A stretch of 64,000 bases of DNA from Gemmatimonadales bacterium (GCA_041577295.1 JBFGJG010000003.1:128001-192000); one strand, 5' to 3'; positions 30,595 to 40,850 are shown, counted from the first letter of the stretch. Numbers and translations are program-made. The notes: a model not told the origin generated them from the letters alone.

Positions 30595-33500
30595 ATGGTG
30601 ACATCGACTCGTTCGGTAGTGTTGGCGTTGTTCGCGGTCGGCCTGACCGGGATCACCGCCGCCGTTCCCACCGCCGAAGCCCAGTACTTCGGGCGGAACA
30701 AGGTGCAGTACGAGAGCTTCGACTTCCAGGTTCTCAAGACCGAACACTTTGACATCTACTACTACCCCGAGGAAGAGGTCGCCATTGAGTACGCCGCGCT
30801 CATGGCTGAGCGCTGGTATGCGCGGCTGTCGCGACTCCTGAACCACAAGCTCTCGGGGCGCCAGGCACTCATTCTCTATTCGGCGCACCCCCACTTTCAG
30901 CAGACCAACGCTTTGCAGGGCGGCATCGGTGAGGGAACGGGTGGTGCAACCGAGATCCTGAAACGGCGCATCGTGCTGCCGTTTGCCGGTCCGCTGAAGG
31001 AAAGCGATCACGTCATCGGCCACGAGCTGGTGCACGCGTTTCAATTTGACGTGACGGGTGACGGCGGTGGGGTGCTGCGATCCGGGATTCCCGCTGCCGC
31101 TCGGTTGCCGCTGTGGTTCATCGAGGGGATGGCCGAGTATCTGTCGGTCGGGCCCGAGGATCCCCTGACGGCCATGTGGATGCGAGACGCAGTGCGCAAA
31201 AAGCTTCCCGACTTTGGCAAGCTGAACGATCCGCGCTTCTTTCCCTATCGGTACGGTCAGGCGCTGTGGGCGTACGTCAGCGGCCGGTGGGGCGACGAGG
31301 TGGTTGGCCGTGTGCTCAAGGCGTCCCGCCTGACCGGCAGCGCGTCAGTCGCGTTGGGCCGTGTACTCCGCATCAACCCGGACACCTTGATCGCCGGGTG
31401 GCATCGCGCCATGAAGGAGGCGTATGAGCCGTTGATCGAGCGAACGGAGGGGCCCGAGACGTACGGACGGCTGCTCCTCGGCGATCGAAGTGGTGATGGG
31501 TTCTACAATCTGGCCCCGGCGCTCAGTCCGGATGGGCGCAAGGTGGTCTTCTTATCCGAGCGCGACCTTTTCTCGATTGAGATGTTTCTCGCCGACGTCG
31601 AGACCGGGCAGATCGAGAAAAAGATCTTGAAGACGGCACTGGACCCCCACTTCGAGGGGCTCCAATCGATCAATTCGGCAGGCGCGTGGGATTATACGGG
31701 CGAGCGGTTTGTGTTCGCCGCGATTGTGCGTGGACAACCGGTCTTGTCCATTCTGGATGTGGCGCGTGGCAAGGTCCAGCGGGAGATCAAGTTCCCCGCG
31801 CTTGGTGAGATTTTCAACCCAACCTGGTCGCCCGACGGCCGCTATGTGGCCTTCTCTGCAATCGTGGGCGGGCTCTCGGACATCTTTGTCTACGATCTCG
31901 AACGTGACGAGACGCGCCGCCTCACCAACGACGCTTACGCCGATCTGCAGCCGTCGTGGTCGCCGGACGGGTCACGGATCGCCTTCGTGACCGATCGCTT
32001 CTCGATCGGGCTCACGAGCCTTCTCTTTGGCAACTATCAGCTCGGGCTGATCGATCCGGGTTCGGGCGCCATCAGTGAGGTGCCCGGCTTCCCCCGCGGC
32101 AAGCACATCAACCCGCACTGGGCGCCGGACGGGCAGAGCCTCTTCTACATCTCGGATCACAGCGGGATCTCCAATATTTATCGCGTGGCGTTGGCCAGTG
32201 GGGAGACGACCCAGATCACCAACCTCTACACGGGGGCGAGCGGAATTACGGCGCTCAGTCCCGCGATGAGCGTGGCGACGGAGTCCGGGCAACTGGCCTT
32301 CAGCGTGTACAGTCAGGACGGGTACGACCTGTACATCATCGACGATGAGAGCAAGCTCCAGGGGAACCCAATCGAGCCGGCATTCCCCGTCAACGCTGCC
32401 CTCCTTCCACCGGAAAACCGGTTTACGAGTGACGTGAGCGAGCTGTTGGCCAACGCCTTCTTCGGGCTCCCGTCCGACACGGCGGAGTACGCCCGGAGCG
32501 AATACAACGCCGGGTTCGGACTCGACTACATTGGCCAACCCACGCTGGTGGTCGGCGCCGATCGGTTTGGGACGTTCATCGGCGGCGGGGCGTCGCTGTT
32601 CTGGAGCGACATGCTCGGCGGTCAGAATCTCGCCACCGCATTACAGATCAACGGCGGGGTCAAGGATATCTCGGCGCTCGTGGGTTACACCAACCTCGAG
32701 AAGCGCCTGAACTGGGGCCTCGCCGCTCAGCAGATTCCTTTCCGCTCGATCTCGTTTGGCCTGTTCCGCGATTCCACCGGTGACTTCGTCGAGATTGAGC
32801 GTACCTTCCGTCAGATCAACCGCAATGTGGGCGGCACCATTGCATTCCCGTTCAACCGTTCGCAGAGAATCGAGTTAACGGGCGGGTACACCAACGTGAC
32901 CTTCGATCTCGAGGACCGACTGCGGTTCTTCGATGGGCAGACAGGGCAGTTTCTCGGAGAAGACAAGATAGACGTGCCGCTGGACCTCAAAGCGCTCAAT
33001 CTCGCTCAGAGCAGCGCCGCGCTGGTCTACGACAACTCGTTCTATGGGATCGCCAGCCCGATCCTGGGGCAGCGCTACCGACTAGAGCTCGGCGGCACGT
33101 TTGGCACGCTGAACTACTGGACGGGTTTGGTGGATGCCCGGAAGTACTTCCTCCCGGTTTGGCCGTTCACGCTCGCCTTTCGAGTCGTGCACTTCGGTCG
33201 CTACGGCGCCGATGCGAACGCTCCCGAGCTCACCGAGTTGTTCATCGGTTGGCCCAACCTGGTGCGAGGGTACTCGTTCGGCTCCTTCGAGTTCCAAGAA
33301 TGCGAACCGACACCGGATGAGTCCTGTCCAGTGTTCGATCGACTCTTTGGGACGCGCCTGGCCTTGGCCAATGCGGAGTTGCGGTTCCCACCGTTCGCGC
33401 TGTTCGCTGGCGGCGGCCTCGGCCTCTTTCCGCTCGAGCTCGCCGTGTTCGTCGACGCAGGAGTCGCGTGGCAGAGCGACGTGGCCAGCACCACCGGCAT

Positions 33501-33672
33501 CGATGAGCGGGCGTTCTTCCTCGGTGGTGATCGGGACCCCATCACCAGCTTTGGTTTCGGGGGTCGACTCAACTTGTTTGGCTTGGGCATTCTCGAGATT
33601 GACTGGGTGAAGCCGTTCCAACGCCCCATCAAGGGCTCACACGTCCAGTTTAGCTTCACCCCGGGGTTCTAA
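30595..33672 (+). CDS. Omp85/BamA-family outer-membrane protein with N-terminal zinc-peptidase-like (HExxH) and PD40 propeller domains
   Basis: Signal peptide, QYFGRNKVQY, HELVH..PLWFIEGMAEY, repeated P.WSPDG units, C-terminal barrel (VRGY, NAELRFP, terminal F). Confidence 0.85.
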   Translation: MVTSTRSVVLALFAVGLTGITAAVPTAEAQYFGRNKVQYESFDFQVLKTEHFDIYYYPEEEVAIEYAALMAERWYARLSRLLNHKLSGRQALILYSAHPHFQQTNALQGGIGEGTGGATEILKRRIVLPFAGPLKESDHVIGHELVHAFQFDVTGDGGGVLRSGIPAAARLPLWFIEGMAEYLSVGPEDPLTAMWMRDAVRKKLPDFGKLNDPRFFPYRYGQALWAYVSGRWGDEVVGRVLKASRLTGSASVALGRVLRINPDTLIAGWHRAMKEAYEPLIERTEGPETYGRLLLGDRSGDGFYNLAPALSPDGRKVVFLSERDLFSIEMFLADVETGQIEKKILKTALDPHFEGLQSINSAGAWDYTGERFVFAAIVRGQPVLSILDVARGKVQREIKFPALGEIFNPTWSPDGRYVAFSAIVGGLSDIFVYDLERDETRRLTNDAYADLQPSWSPDGSRIAFVTDRFSIGLTSLLFGNYQLGLIDPGSGAISEVPGFPRGKHINPHWAPDGQSLFYISDHSGISNIYRVALASGETTQITNLYTGASGITALSPAMSVATESGQLAFSVYSQDGYDLYIIDDESKLQGNPIEPAFPVNAALLPPENRFTSDVSELLANAFFGLPSDTAEYARSEYNAGFGLDYIGQPTLVVGADRFGTFIGGGASLFWSDMLGGQNLATALQINGGVKDISALVGYTNLEKRLNWGLAAQQIPFRSISFGLFRDSTGDFVEIERTFRQINRNVGGTIAFPFNRSQRIELTGGYTNVTFDLEDRLRFFDGQTGQFLGEDKIDVPLDLKALNLAQSSAALVYDNSFYGIASPILGQRYRLELGGTFGTLNYWTGLVDARKYFLPVWPFTLAFRVVHFGRYGADANAPELTELFIGWPNLVRGYSFGSFEFQECEPTPDESCPVFDRLFGTRLALANAELRFPPFALFAGGGLGLFPLELAVFVDAGVAWQSDVASTTGIDERAFFLGGDRDPITSFGFGGRLNLFGLGILEIDWVKPFQRPIKGSHVQFSFTPGF

Positions 33673-33720
33673 CTCGGGAGCGGTTCGGGCTGGTTACACA
33701 ACTCACAGGGCGTGATGGGG

Positions 33721-34782
33721 CTACCCGTCATGCCCTGTTTGTTTGCGCTTGGCCTCGATAACCCGGTGCACGCGTCTGGCAGCGGCGTGTAGCGGGGATA
33801 CCTTCTGTTCCGCAGCCTCCGCGAAGATCTCGTCGAGCGTGGGCTCGATCCTGCGCACCCGCTCCCGCACCTCGTCCGGGGAGTGTCCGAGCCCTAGCAT
33901 CGGGAGCGCAATGGCTCCTCCAGCATTGACGACATAGTCAGGAGCATACAGGATGCCTCGCTCAAACAAGGCGTCTGCGTCCTTTGCCTCTGCCAGCTGA
34001 TTATTGGCCGACCCGGCCACCACCCGGCACGCAAGCCGCGCAATGGTCGTGGCGTTGAGGACAGCACCGACGGCACAGGGCGCGAACACGTCACACGCGG
34101 TGTCGTACGCAGCGTCGGGAGCCACCACGGTTCCGCCCACTTCCCGGGCCACCTGCGCCGCGCGTTCAGTGTCCACATCGGTCACCAGCACCCGGGCCCC
34201 CTCCTCCGCCAGGTAGCGAGCTAATGGCGCCCCGACATCCCCGGCCCCCTGAACCAGCACCGTGCGTCCCTTCAAGCCGCCGCCCAGCGCGTGGCGGACC
34301 GCAGCCCGCATCCCGACCTGCACGCCGAGCGCCGTGAACGGACCCGGATCCACGGCCCGCGGTCCTCCCTGACGGGTCCCGTGCACGTATTGGCTGACGC
34401 TCCCGATCAGCGCCATGTCCTCGGGTGTAGTGCCCAAGTCCTCCCCGGTCCAGTAGGCACCGTGAAGCGATTCGAGGAGGTGCCCAAAACGTCTCAGCAA
34501 CCCAGTGCGCTCAGCACCCTCGAGCTCTCGGGGGACCGCGAGCACGCTCTTCCCACCACCGTATTCAAAGCCGATGACAGCCCACTTGTACGTCATCCCC
34601 TCGGCCAACCGCATCGCGTCACGCAGTCCGTCTTCCGGCGTGCGATAGACGTGCATCCGACAGCCCCCCATGGCCGGGCCAAGTGTGGTGTCGTGCAGGG
34701 CCACGAACATCCAGCTGCTTGTTGGCTGATGGTACGAAACGAGAACGGCCTCGCCGTTCCACTGCTTGATGAGGGTTTGCAT
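33721..34782 (-). CDS. Glu/Leu/Phe/Val dehydrogenase (leucine dehydrogenase-like)
   Basis: LHDTTLGPAMGGCR, GMTYK, GGGK, GEDLGT, VQGAGDVG, GSANNQL, PDYVVNAGG; true start 34782, not 35739. Confidence 0.92.
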   Translation of the reverse strand: MQTLIKQWNGEAVLVSYHQPTSSWMFVALHDTTLGPAMGGCRMHVYRTPEDGLRDAMRLAEGMTYKWAVIGFEYGGGKSVLAVPRELEGAERTGLLRRFGHLLESLHGAYWTGEDLGTTPEDMALIGSVSQYVHGTRQGGPRAVDPGPFTALGVQVGMRAAVRHALGGGLKGRTVLVQGAGDVGAPLARYLAEEGARVLVTDVDTERAAQVAREVGGTVVAPDAAYDTACDVFAPCAVGAVLNATTIARLACRVVAGSANNQLAEAKDADALFERGILYAPDYVVNAGGAIALPMLGLGHSPDEVRERVRRIEPTLDEIFAEAAEQKVSPLHAAARRVHRVIEAKRKQTGHDG

Positions 34783-34875
34783 GGCCGTAAAGCTACATGT
34801 CAAAGCGGGAGCACGGAACGTGAAGGGGTGAGGTCCAACATGCGCTGGCGTGCGTAACGAGCGTCCCGTTAGACT

Positions 34876-35952
34876 TTGCGTGTGCGCTTCTTCGAGACTC
34901 GCCATCAGCGGGCGCAGATCCTCATCGGGCTGCTCGGCGTCGGCCTCCTCATTGCGATGTGGCCTTACGTCACGGGGCTTCTTGCAGGACCGGTCCTGTT
35001 CGTCATCTTCGCGCCGTTCCATCGGTGGCTCGCCAAACGGATTCCAATCCGCGCGAGCGCTGCCATCGTCGTGGCCATCGCTGTGTTCGCGCTCGTCGTC
35101 CCGGGGCTTTCGGTCGCCGGCCTGGTCGTCAACGAGGCCCGGCAAGTTGCCACTGGGCTGCTCAACAGCCCGGTGTTCGCTCAACTTGCCGAACTCAGGA
35201 TCGGCGAGTTGCAGGTCGGACCTCGCCTCGCTGGTTTTGGGGAACGGATTGTAACATGGCTGGGCGAGAGCGCGTTCGATCTCATCGGGACCGCCACCAA
35301 GCTGGCCCTCAACATCACCATCGCCATCTTCGCGCTGTACTTCCTCCTGGTGTACCCTGGCGACGCCTGGCGGACGGTCGCTCCCTACGTCCCCTTTTCT
35401 GCCGAGAACACGGAACGGCTGCGCAAGCGCTTCGAGGACGTCACCAACTCGACGTTGATCGGTACCGGGTTCACGGCCATCGTGCAGGGGATCCTCATCG
35501 GGATCGCCTTCGCGTGGGCGGGGCTCCCCAGCGCAGTCTTCTGGGGCACGGTGACGGCGGTGTTTGCCATTCTGCCGATCGTGGGCAGTGGTCTCATTTG
35601 GGGCCCGGGAGCTCTCGCGCTGTTTCTGAGCGGACGGTACGCCGCGGCGGTGGCCCTGGGGCTGTGGGGCCTGATCGTCGTTGCCTCCGTCGACAACGTA
35701 ATCCGGCCGTTCGTGTACAACCGCTGGGCACGAATTCACCCGCTCGTTACGCTCGTCGGTGCGCTGGCCGGTATCCGCTTCTTCGGCATCCTAGGCCTGC
35801 TCATCGGCCCACTGGCTTTGTCGTATTTCTTCGAGTTCATTCGCATGTATCGTGCGGAATACATTGCGAGGGAACCAGATGCGGAACCCATCCAGTTAGC
35901 TGACGCCGATTCAGTAACGGCCGGAATCGACAGCAGCGTGGGAAGGTCGTAG
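34876..35952 (+). CDS. AI-2E family transporter
   Basis: Multiple TM helices; AIVQG, LPIVGSGLIWGP, VDNVIRP, HPLVTLVGALAG..FFG..GLLIGP. Confidence 0.92.
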   Translation: MRVRFFETRHQRAQILIGLLGVGLLIAMWPYVTGLLAGPVLFVIFAPFHRWLAKRIPIRASAAIVVAIAVFALVVPGLSVAGLVVNEARQVATGLLNSPVFAQLAELRIGELQVGPRLAGFGERIVTWLGESAFDLIGTATKLALNITIAIFALYFLLVYPGDAWRTVAPYVPFSAENTERLRKRFEDVTNSTLIGTGFTAIVQGILIGIAFAWAGLPSAVFWGTVTAVFAILPIVGSGLIWGPGALALFLSGRYAAAVALGLWGLIVVASVDNVIRPFVYNRWARIHPLVTLVGALAGIRFFGILGLLIGPLALSYFFEFIRMYRAEYIAREPDAEPIQLADADSVTAGIDSSVGRS

Positions 35953-36035
35953 GCCTGTTCCCAGGGCCGGGAAGCACCGCTTCCTGTTTCGTGCAACACG
36001 CTCAGATTTCAGCAGACACTCGATACGAGCGCGGC

Positions 36036-36872
36036 ATGACATCTGGCAACGACTCCATCCTCATCACTGGCGCATCCAAAGGAATCGGTCACGCAACGGC
36101 CGCGTACCTCGACGCGCGCGGGTACACCGTCTTCGGCGGCGTACGCACCGAAAGCGACGCAGCGGCGTTACGATCGTCCGGGTCGGAGCGGCTCATTCCA
36201 CTATTCCTCGATGTCACCGACCGGACGTCGATCGGTCGAGCGGTGGACGTCGTCCGCCGCCAGACCGATGGCTTGGCAGGGATCGTCAACAATGCAGGAA
36301 TCGTGGTGGCCGGACCGCTCGAGTTCCTCCCACCGGAACACGTGCGGGAACAGCTCGACGTCAACGTGCTCGGGGTACTCCGGGTGACCCAAGCGTTCAT
36401 GCCGCTCATCCGCCAAGGTCACGGGAGGATCGTCAACATCAGCTCACTCAACGGGCGCATCGCGTCGCCCTTCGGAGGCCCGTATGCGGCTTCCAAGTTC
36501 GCACTGGAGGCAATGAGCGATGCCCTACGGATGGAATTGAGGCGGTGGAGGATTCCGGTAGTGGTCATTCAGCCCGGGGCCATTGACACACCCATCTGGG
36601 AGACTGCGGCCACCCGGGCCATCGCATTGGCCAAAGAGTTACCGGAGGAAGGGCGACAGCTCTATGGCCGTGTGATGTCTGTTCTTGCGGAGCGTGCGGG
36701 TCGCCCACCAGCCCATGCGATTGCGCCAGAACGCGTCGCCCGTGTCATTGCCCGTGCGCTCCGCGCTCGCCGTCCAAAGACTCGCTATCTGGTGGGGCGC
36801 GATGCCTGGCTGGCGGCGATGGTCGCGGCCGTGGTGCCGGATCGCATGCTGGATTGGATACTGACGAAATGA
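36036..36872 (+). CDS. Short-chain dehydrogenase/reductase
   Basis: ITGASKGIG, VNNAG, YAASK, IQPG. Confidence 0.93.
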   Translation: MTSGNDSILITGASKGIGHATAAYLDARGYTVFGGVRTESDAAALRSSGSERLIPLFLDVTDRTSIGRAVDVVRRQTDGLAGIVNNAGIVVAGPLEFLPPEHVREQLDVNVLGVLRVTQAFMPLIRQGHGRIVNISSLNGRIASPFGGPYAASKFALEAMSDALRMELRRWRIPVVVIQPGAIDTPIWETAATRAIALAKELPEEGRQLYGRVMSVLAERAGRPPAHAIAPERVARVIARALRARRPKTRYLVGRDAWLAAMVAAVVPDRMLDWILTK

Positions 36873-38605
36873 GCGTGTGGTTGCTCGGGCCGTTGTTCGC
36901 GTCGGTCGTGCAAATCAGTAGTGGAATCTCCCAGATCACGCCACCACCGCCGGATTCGCAAGCGATCCTGTCGTCCCTGCGGGGCGCGCAGCGCCGGTTC
37001 GAGTGGATTCGCCGGCAGCACTTGCCGCGCGTGCTCGGCTCAGTGGGCGGGCGGTGCGACGTGCGGGTCGGACGCTTCTGCTATTGGGATGACGATGAGG
37101 ATCCTCCGTGGCGCCCCAGACCGGAGGCGGAGGACGTCACGCGTGAGCGCAGCGCATTCTTGGAACGCCTCGATTCCGCCGCCGCCATCCTGCCGGGCGA
37201 CGCCTGGATCGCCGGCCAGCGGGTGCGCTACCTCGTGGAAACGGCGCGCTTCCAAGACGCGCTGTGGGCGCTCGAGGAGTGCGCTACCGAGGCGTGGTGG
37301 TGTCACGCACTCCGCGGACTCGTGTTGCACAGCATGGGCAACTATGTCGCCGCGGAGTCGAGCTTCGAGCAATCGCTCGCCACGATGACCGAGGAACAGC
37401 GTTGCGAGTGGATCGATCTTGCTCGCGTGCTGGACGGCAAAGGCACCGGCCGCTACCGCGACCTGAGTTGTTCTGACCGCGCGCGGCAGAACGTGAGAAT
37501 TTGGTGGCTCTCCGATCCGCTGTTCCTCGTACCGGGAAACGAAAGACGGTCAGAACACTTCAGCCGACTAGTGATCGACCGCCTGATGGATGGCACGGCC
37601 ATTGTCTACGGCTCTCGCTGGGGACGGGACAATCGCGAACTGGTTGTGCGCTATGGTTGGGCAGTCGGCTGGGAGCGGGAACCACAGCGGGGGCTCGATC
37701 CCACGCCGCGCATCATCGGGCATCACGCGCACGGCGGCATGCGCTTTTTGATTCCGTATGAGTACGTGGTGGACACTGAGTCTCTCGAATGGGGAGAGTG
37801 GGACATCGATCCCTCGGTTCCGCAGAGCCGTGCGGCCATGGGCTACGCGACTGAGTTCCGTGCGCTCACCCACCACTTGGCGCTGTTTCGCCGGGGCGAC
37901 TCGGCCGTGGTGGTAGCGGGATATGACCTCGCCCAATCGCCTGACAAAGACGACCGAGTTCCCCGGCCCGGCAATGCGGTCCGCGCCGGCCTCTTCGTGC
38001 AACAATCCGCGGACGATGCTCATGGAACCACGCTCGAGGGCGGTCGCGCCGCGGGAGCGCTCGGCCTCACCACGCTGCGCAGACCCGCACTGGTCAGTAT
38101 CGAGGCCCTATCCCGAGATGACTCTCTCGCCTGCCGAGCTCGCTACTGGCTGGATATCACCGAGCGACTCCCGGACGGCTTCGCCGTCTCGGACCTGCTC
38201 TTGCTCACCCCGGGTCCCAGGCTGCCTCTCTCTCTAGACGAAGCCATTCCCCGCGCACGCGGATCCGCACGGTACGAACCAGGTGAGGCCATTGAGTTGT
38301 TCTGGGAGGTTTACAACGCTCCAGCCGACACAGCGCATGAGGTAACCGTCGCGGTCAGCAAAGTAGGCAAAGGCTTCCTTCGCAAAGCCGTCGAGTGGAT
38401 GGGCGTAGCGAGCGCCCGACAGCCCGAACGTTTTCGGTGGGAAGGAGCACCCGGGGCGTTGCAGGAGGGGGCCGGACAATCCCTCGGGATTCGTCTCGCC
38501 GATGAGGACGAGGGACGTTACCTACTGCGTCTCGAAATCCGCATGGCCTCAGGCTCGCTAGCCGTGCGCGAGCGAGAGATCGAAGTGAGAAAACAGCGGG
38601 AATAG
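36869..38605 (+). CDS. Secreted hypothetical protein, TPR-like plus divergent GWxTD-like region
   Basis: Hydrophobic N-terminus; TPR-like HALRGLVLH..G.Y..A...F; DPL...NER..EH..R...W..D..E...RYGW. Confidence 0.6.
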   Translation: MSVWLLGPLFASVVQISSGISQITPPPPDSQAILSSLRGAQRRFEWIRRQHLPRVLGSVGGRCDVRVGRFCYWDDDEDPPWRPRPEAEDVTRERSAFLERLDSAAAILPGDAWIAGQRVRYLVETARFQDALWALEECATEAWWCHALRGLVLHSMGNYVAAESSFEQSLATMTEEQRCEWIDLARVLDGKGTGRYRDLSCSDRARQNVRIWWLSDPLFLVPGNERRSEHFSRLVIDRLMDGTAIVYGSRWGRDNRELVVRYGWAVGWEREPQRGLDPTPRIIGHHAHGGMRFLIPYEYVVDTESLEWGEWDIDPSVPQSRAAMGYATEFRALTHHLALFRRGDSAVVVAGYDLAQSPDKDDRVPRPGNAVRAGLFVQQSADDAHGTTLEGGRAAGALGLTTLRRPALVSIEALSRDDSLACRARYWLDITERLPDGFAVSDLLLLTPGPRLPLSLDEAIPRARGSARYEPGEAIELFWEVYNAPADTAHEVTVAVSKVGKGFLRKAVEWMGVASARQPERFRWEGAPGALQEGAGQSLGIRLADEDEGRYLLRLEIRMASGSLAVREREIEVRKQRE

Positions 38606-38607
38606 GA

Positions 38608-38639
38608 GGGATAGGACGTCCTTCGGAAGCCTCTATCCC
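38608..38639. repeat. GGGATAG...CTATCCC inverted repeat between convergent genes
   Basis: gggatag (38608-38614) and ctatccc (38633-38639) flank a cttcggaag hairpin. Confidence 0.55.
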
Positions 38640-38646
38640 GTCAGTA

Positions 38647-39609
38647 TTACACTTGCGTTGCGATGGGTTGACCGGCGAACCGCTCGCGCAGTTTGGGGTG
38701 CGTCTTCCAGAGCCACGTTGCCATGGCAACGACCGCCACGAGGTTCCCGATTCCTACCTGGACCCACCCCAACGCTCCCAGTACCCATTCGCTCACACTG
38801 CCAGCGGTGGCGATGAACAACGCCTCGAGCACGATAAAGCCCATGACCACCGCCAGCCAAAAGCCGGGTGCACGTTCGATGCGCTCGGTCACCCAGGCGA
38901 ACCCGATTCCGACTAGGCCAAATGCCACCACGTGCAAGAACGAATACGCAACGATGAGGCCGAGGTTCAACTGAACCTCATCCGGGGTCGACGCGCCGAG
39001 CATGACGGCCGATCCCAGCGCCGCAGGTGTGAAGAAGGGAACGCTCACCATGATGTCGACGACAAAGAACCAGAGCGCCACGGCCATCGCGCCCAGCACG
39101 CCGGTCGCGAGGCCGTCCCGTACCATCGGATACTCGGCGAGAACCCCGACACCCAGCGGGGATTCGGCCTTGGCCGCCCAATGGAGGTAGGCCATCATCA
39201 GCATGCCGCCCACCAAGTTCGCTCCCAGCACGTGCCCAACCGGGAGCACCGTGAGCAGATCCACGCCGGTGACGAGCAACCCACCGTAGTGGACGGCGTT
39301 CAGCACGCCAACACCGAAAACCGCGCCCACCATGAGTCCGGGCTCGATGCGTGTCATCCGAAGGAACCACACCGTTCCCAGCCCCAGCACGGCGAACACG
39401 CCGAAGTGGAGCACCGAATAGACCGCCACCAGTCGGAACGTTGGCCATTGGAACTCTTCACGCAGGATGGTGCTTGCTAGGAGCGCCGGTGTATAAAAGG
39501 CCTCGGTTACGCTCACATCGACAATCAAAAACCACAGCGCCACCACCGAGCCCGCGATCACCCCCCCTGCTATTCCATGTAACACCAAATCGAAGCCGGA
39601 TCGCTGCAT
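38647..39609 (-). CDS. Integral membrane protein with internal duplication (2 x ~4 TM)
   Basis: Both halves contain G..G....VALWF..VD......F.TPA.L.S and YS.LH...F...G; GGAGG RBS. Confidence 0.75.
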   Translation of the reverse strand: MQRSGFDLVLHGIAGGVIAGSVVALWFLIVDVSVTEAFYTPALLASTILREEFQWPTFRLVAVYSVLHFGVFAVLGLGTVWFLRMTRIEPGLMVGAVFGVGVLNAVHYGGLLVTGVDLLTVLPVGHVLGANLVGGMLMMAYLHWAAKAESPLGVGVLAEYPMVRDGLATGVLGAMAVALWFFVVDIMVSVPFFTPAALGSAVMLGASTPDEVQLNLGLIVAYSFLHVVAFGLVGIGFAWVTERIERAPGFWLAVVMGFIVLEALFIATAGSVSEWVLGALGWVQVGIGNLVAVVAMATWLWKTHPKLRERFAGQPIATQV

Positions 39610-39847
39610 GGAGTGACCTCCTTGAGCATTCGAGCACCGCCTGCCTTCCCGCCCTCCATCGCCACCTGCGCGTTGTGGACAGCAAAACGGCCCGGCAGTC
39701 TCGTACTGCGCGGGCCTCGCGACTCGCTACCCTGGTCTCTGGAAGCGGTTTCCGATGGTGAGCACGTACACGGCGCACCTCCGTGTTGGCCAAAGGTGCG
39801 ATCCAGAGCGAAAGCTGTCAATTCTAGAATGGATAGAAACGAAGAGT

Positions 39848-39914
39848 GGGGGATAGAGGACATAGAGGGGATACGCTGTTCATTGAAGCTTCTATACCTC
39901 TATCCCTCTATCCC
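39848..39914. repeat. Inverted array of (GGGATAGAG)n / (CTCTATCCC)n repeats
   Basis: ggggatagag gacatagag gggatac ... tctatacc tctatccc tctatccc; overlaps the stop codon of the DUF4097 gene. Confidence 0.7.
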
Positions 39915-40705
39915 TTCTGTATAACCACTCCGCCATTGGTCGTGACCGCGCGGACCAGGCGCCCGCCATTGCCCAGATCCACCGAAATCCGGCGATCGAT
40001 GCGGCCCTGCACCGTGATTGGGAAGTCGACGCGTAGGTGGCCGTTGGTCGTCCCAGTCTCGAGCCGGGCGGAATACGAAGGTGGAATCACCATGCGCACG
40101 CCACCATTGGTGGTGCGAACATCCATACCTTGGCCGTTCCATTCACCGCCAGTGAGCTCGATGTGCAGTCCGCCGTTGGTCGTTCGGCCCCGCACATCGC
40201 CGTTCAGGCCTTCGAGATGTACCCCTCCATTGGTCGCCGAGAACGAGATCTGCCCTGTCACGTCGTAGATCCCGATCCCGCCGTTGGTCGTCTCGAGCCG
40301 CAGATCGATCCGTCGCGGTACGAACACCCGAAAACTGACAGCCCAATGCTGCTCGCGGGACGTGCGCGGCCCGTCCGCGCGGAGCGTCCCCTCCATGTGC
40401 AGCCTGACCGCCGTCGCCAGATCACGGGCTTCGTCTGGCGTATCGGCGTACGACTGGACCTTGGCCTGAACCAGAATCTCGTTGCGATCCCATGCGCGGA
40501 CGGTGATTCCACCGTTTGGGCCAGCATCGATATCGAGGACGTCCCGTACCGGCAACGTGGTCTCGCGCACCTCACAAAACTCAGCCCGATCCCGGTCGCC
40601 GTACCATCGGTCGTCGCACCAATCCTCAGTGGGTCGCTGACTTTCCGCGGCAGAGGGGAGTGCGACCAAAACGAGCGGCAGGACCGCGCCTATCCAGCGT
40701 GCCAT
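39908..40705 (-). CDS. DUF4097-family beta-strand repeat (putative adhesin) protein
   Basis: Signal peptide; repeated TTNGG/TNGG units; start 40705 or 40729. Confidence 0.85.
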   Translation of the reverse strand: MARWIGAVLPLVLVALPSAAESQRPTEDWCDDRWYGDRDRAEFCEVRETTLPVRDVLDIDAGPNGGITVRAWDRNEILVQAKVQSYADTPDEARDLATAVRLHMEGTLRADGPRTSREQHWAVSFRVFVPRRIDLRLETTNGGIGIYDVTGQISFSATNGGVHLEGLNGDVRGRTTNGGLHIELTGGEWNGQGMDVRTTNGGVRMVIPPSYSARLETGTTNGHLRVDFPITVQGRIDRRISVDLGNGGRLVRAVTTNGGVVIQKG

Positions 40706-40850
40706 GCTATCTCTCCTGTTGCGTTTCATTTATTAGACGGCTGCACCGTCAAAAGGGTTTCACGCCGCCTCAGATCCGTTAAGTTTCTGCCGTTCAGGCG
40801 CTTGGGCTTACTTCAAACCATTCATGGCTTCGTTACATAAGGACACGTCT

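Noticed and set aside
34783..35739. N-terminal extension making the amino-acid dehydrogenase look like a 672-aa fusion
   Set aside because: The extension is antisense to the AI-2E transporter; family similarity starts at Met 34782
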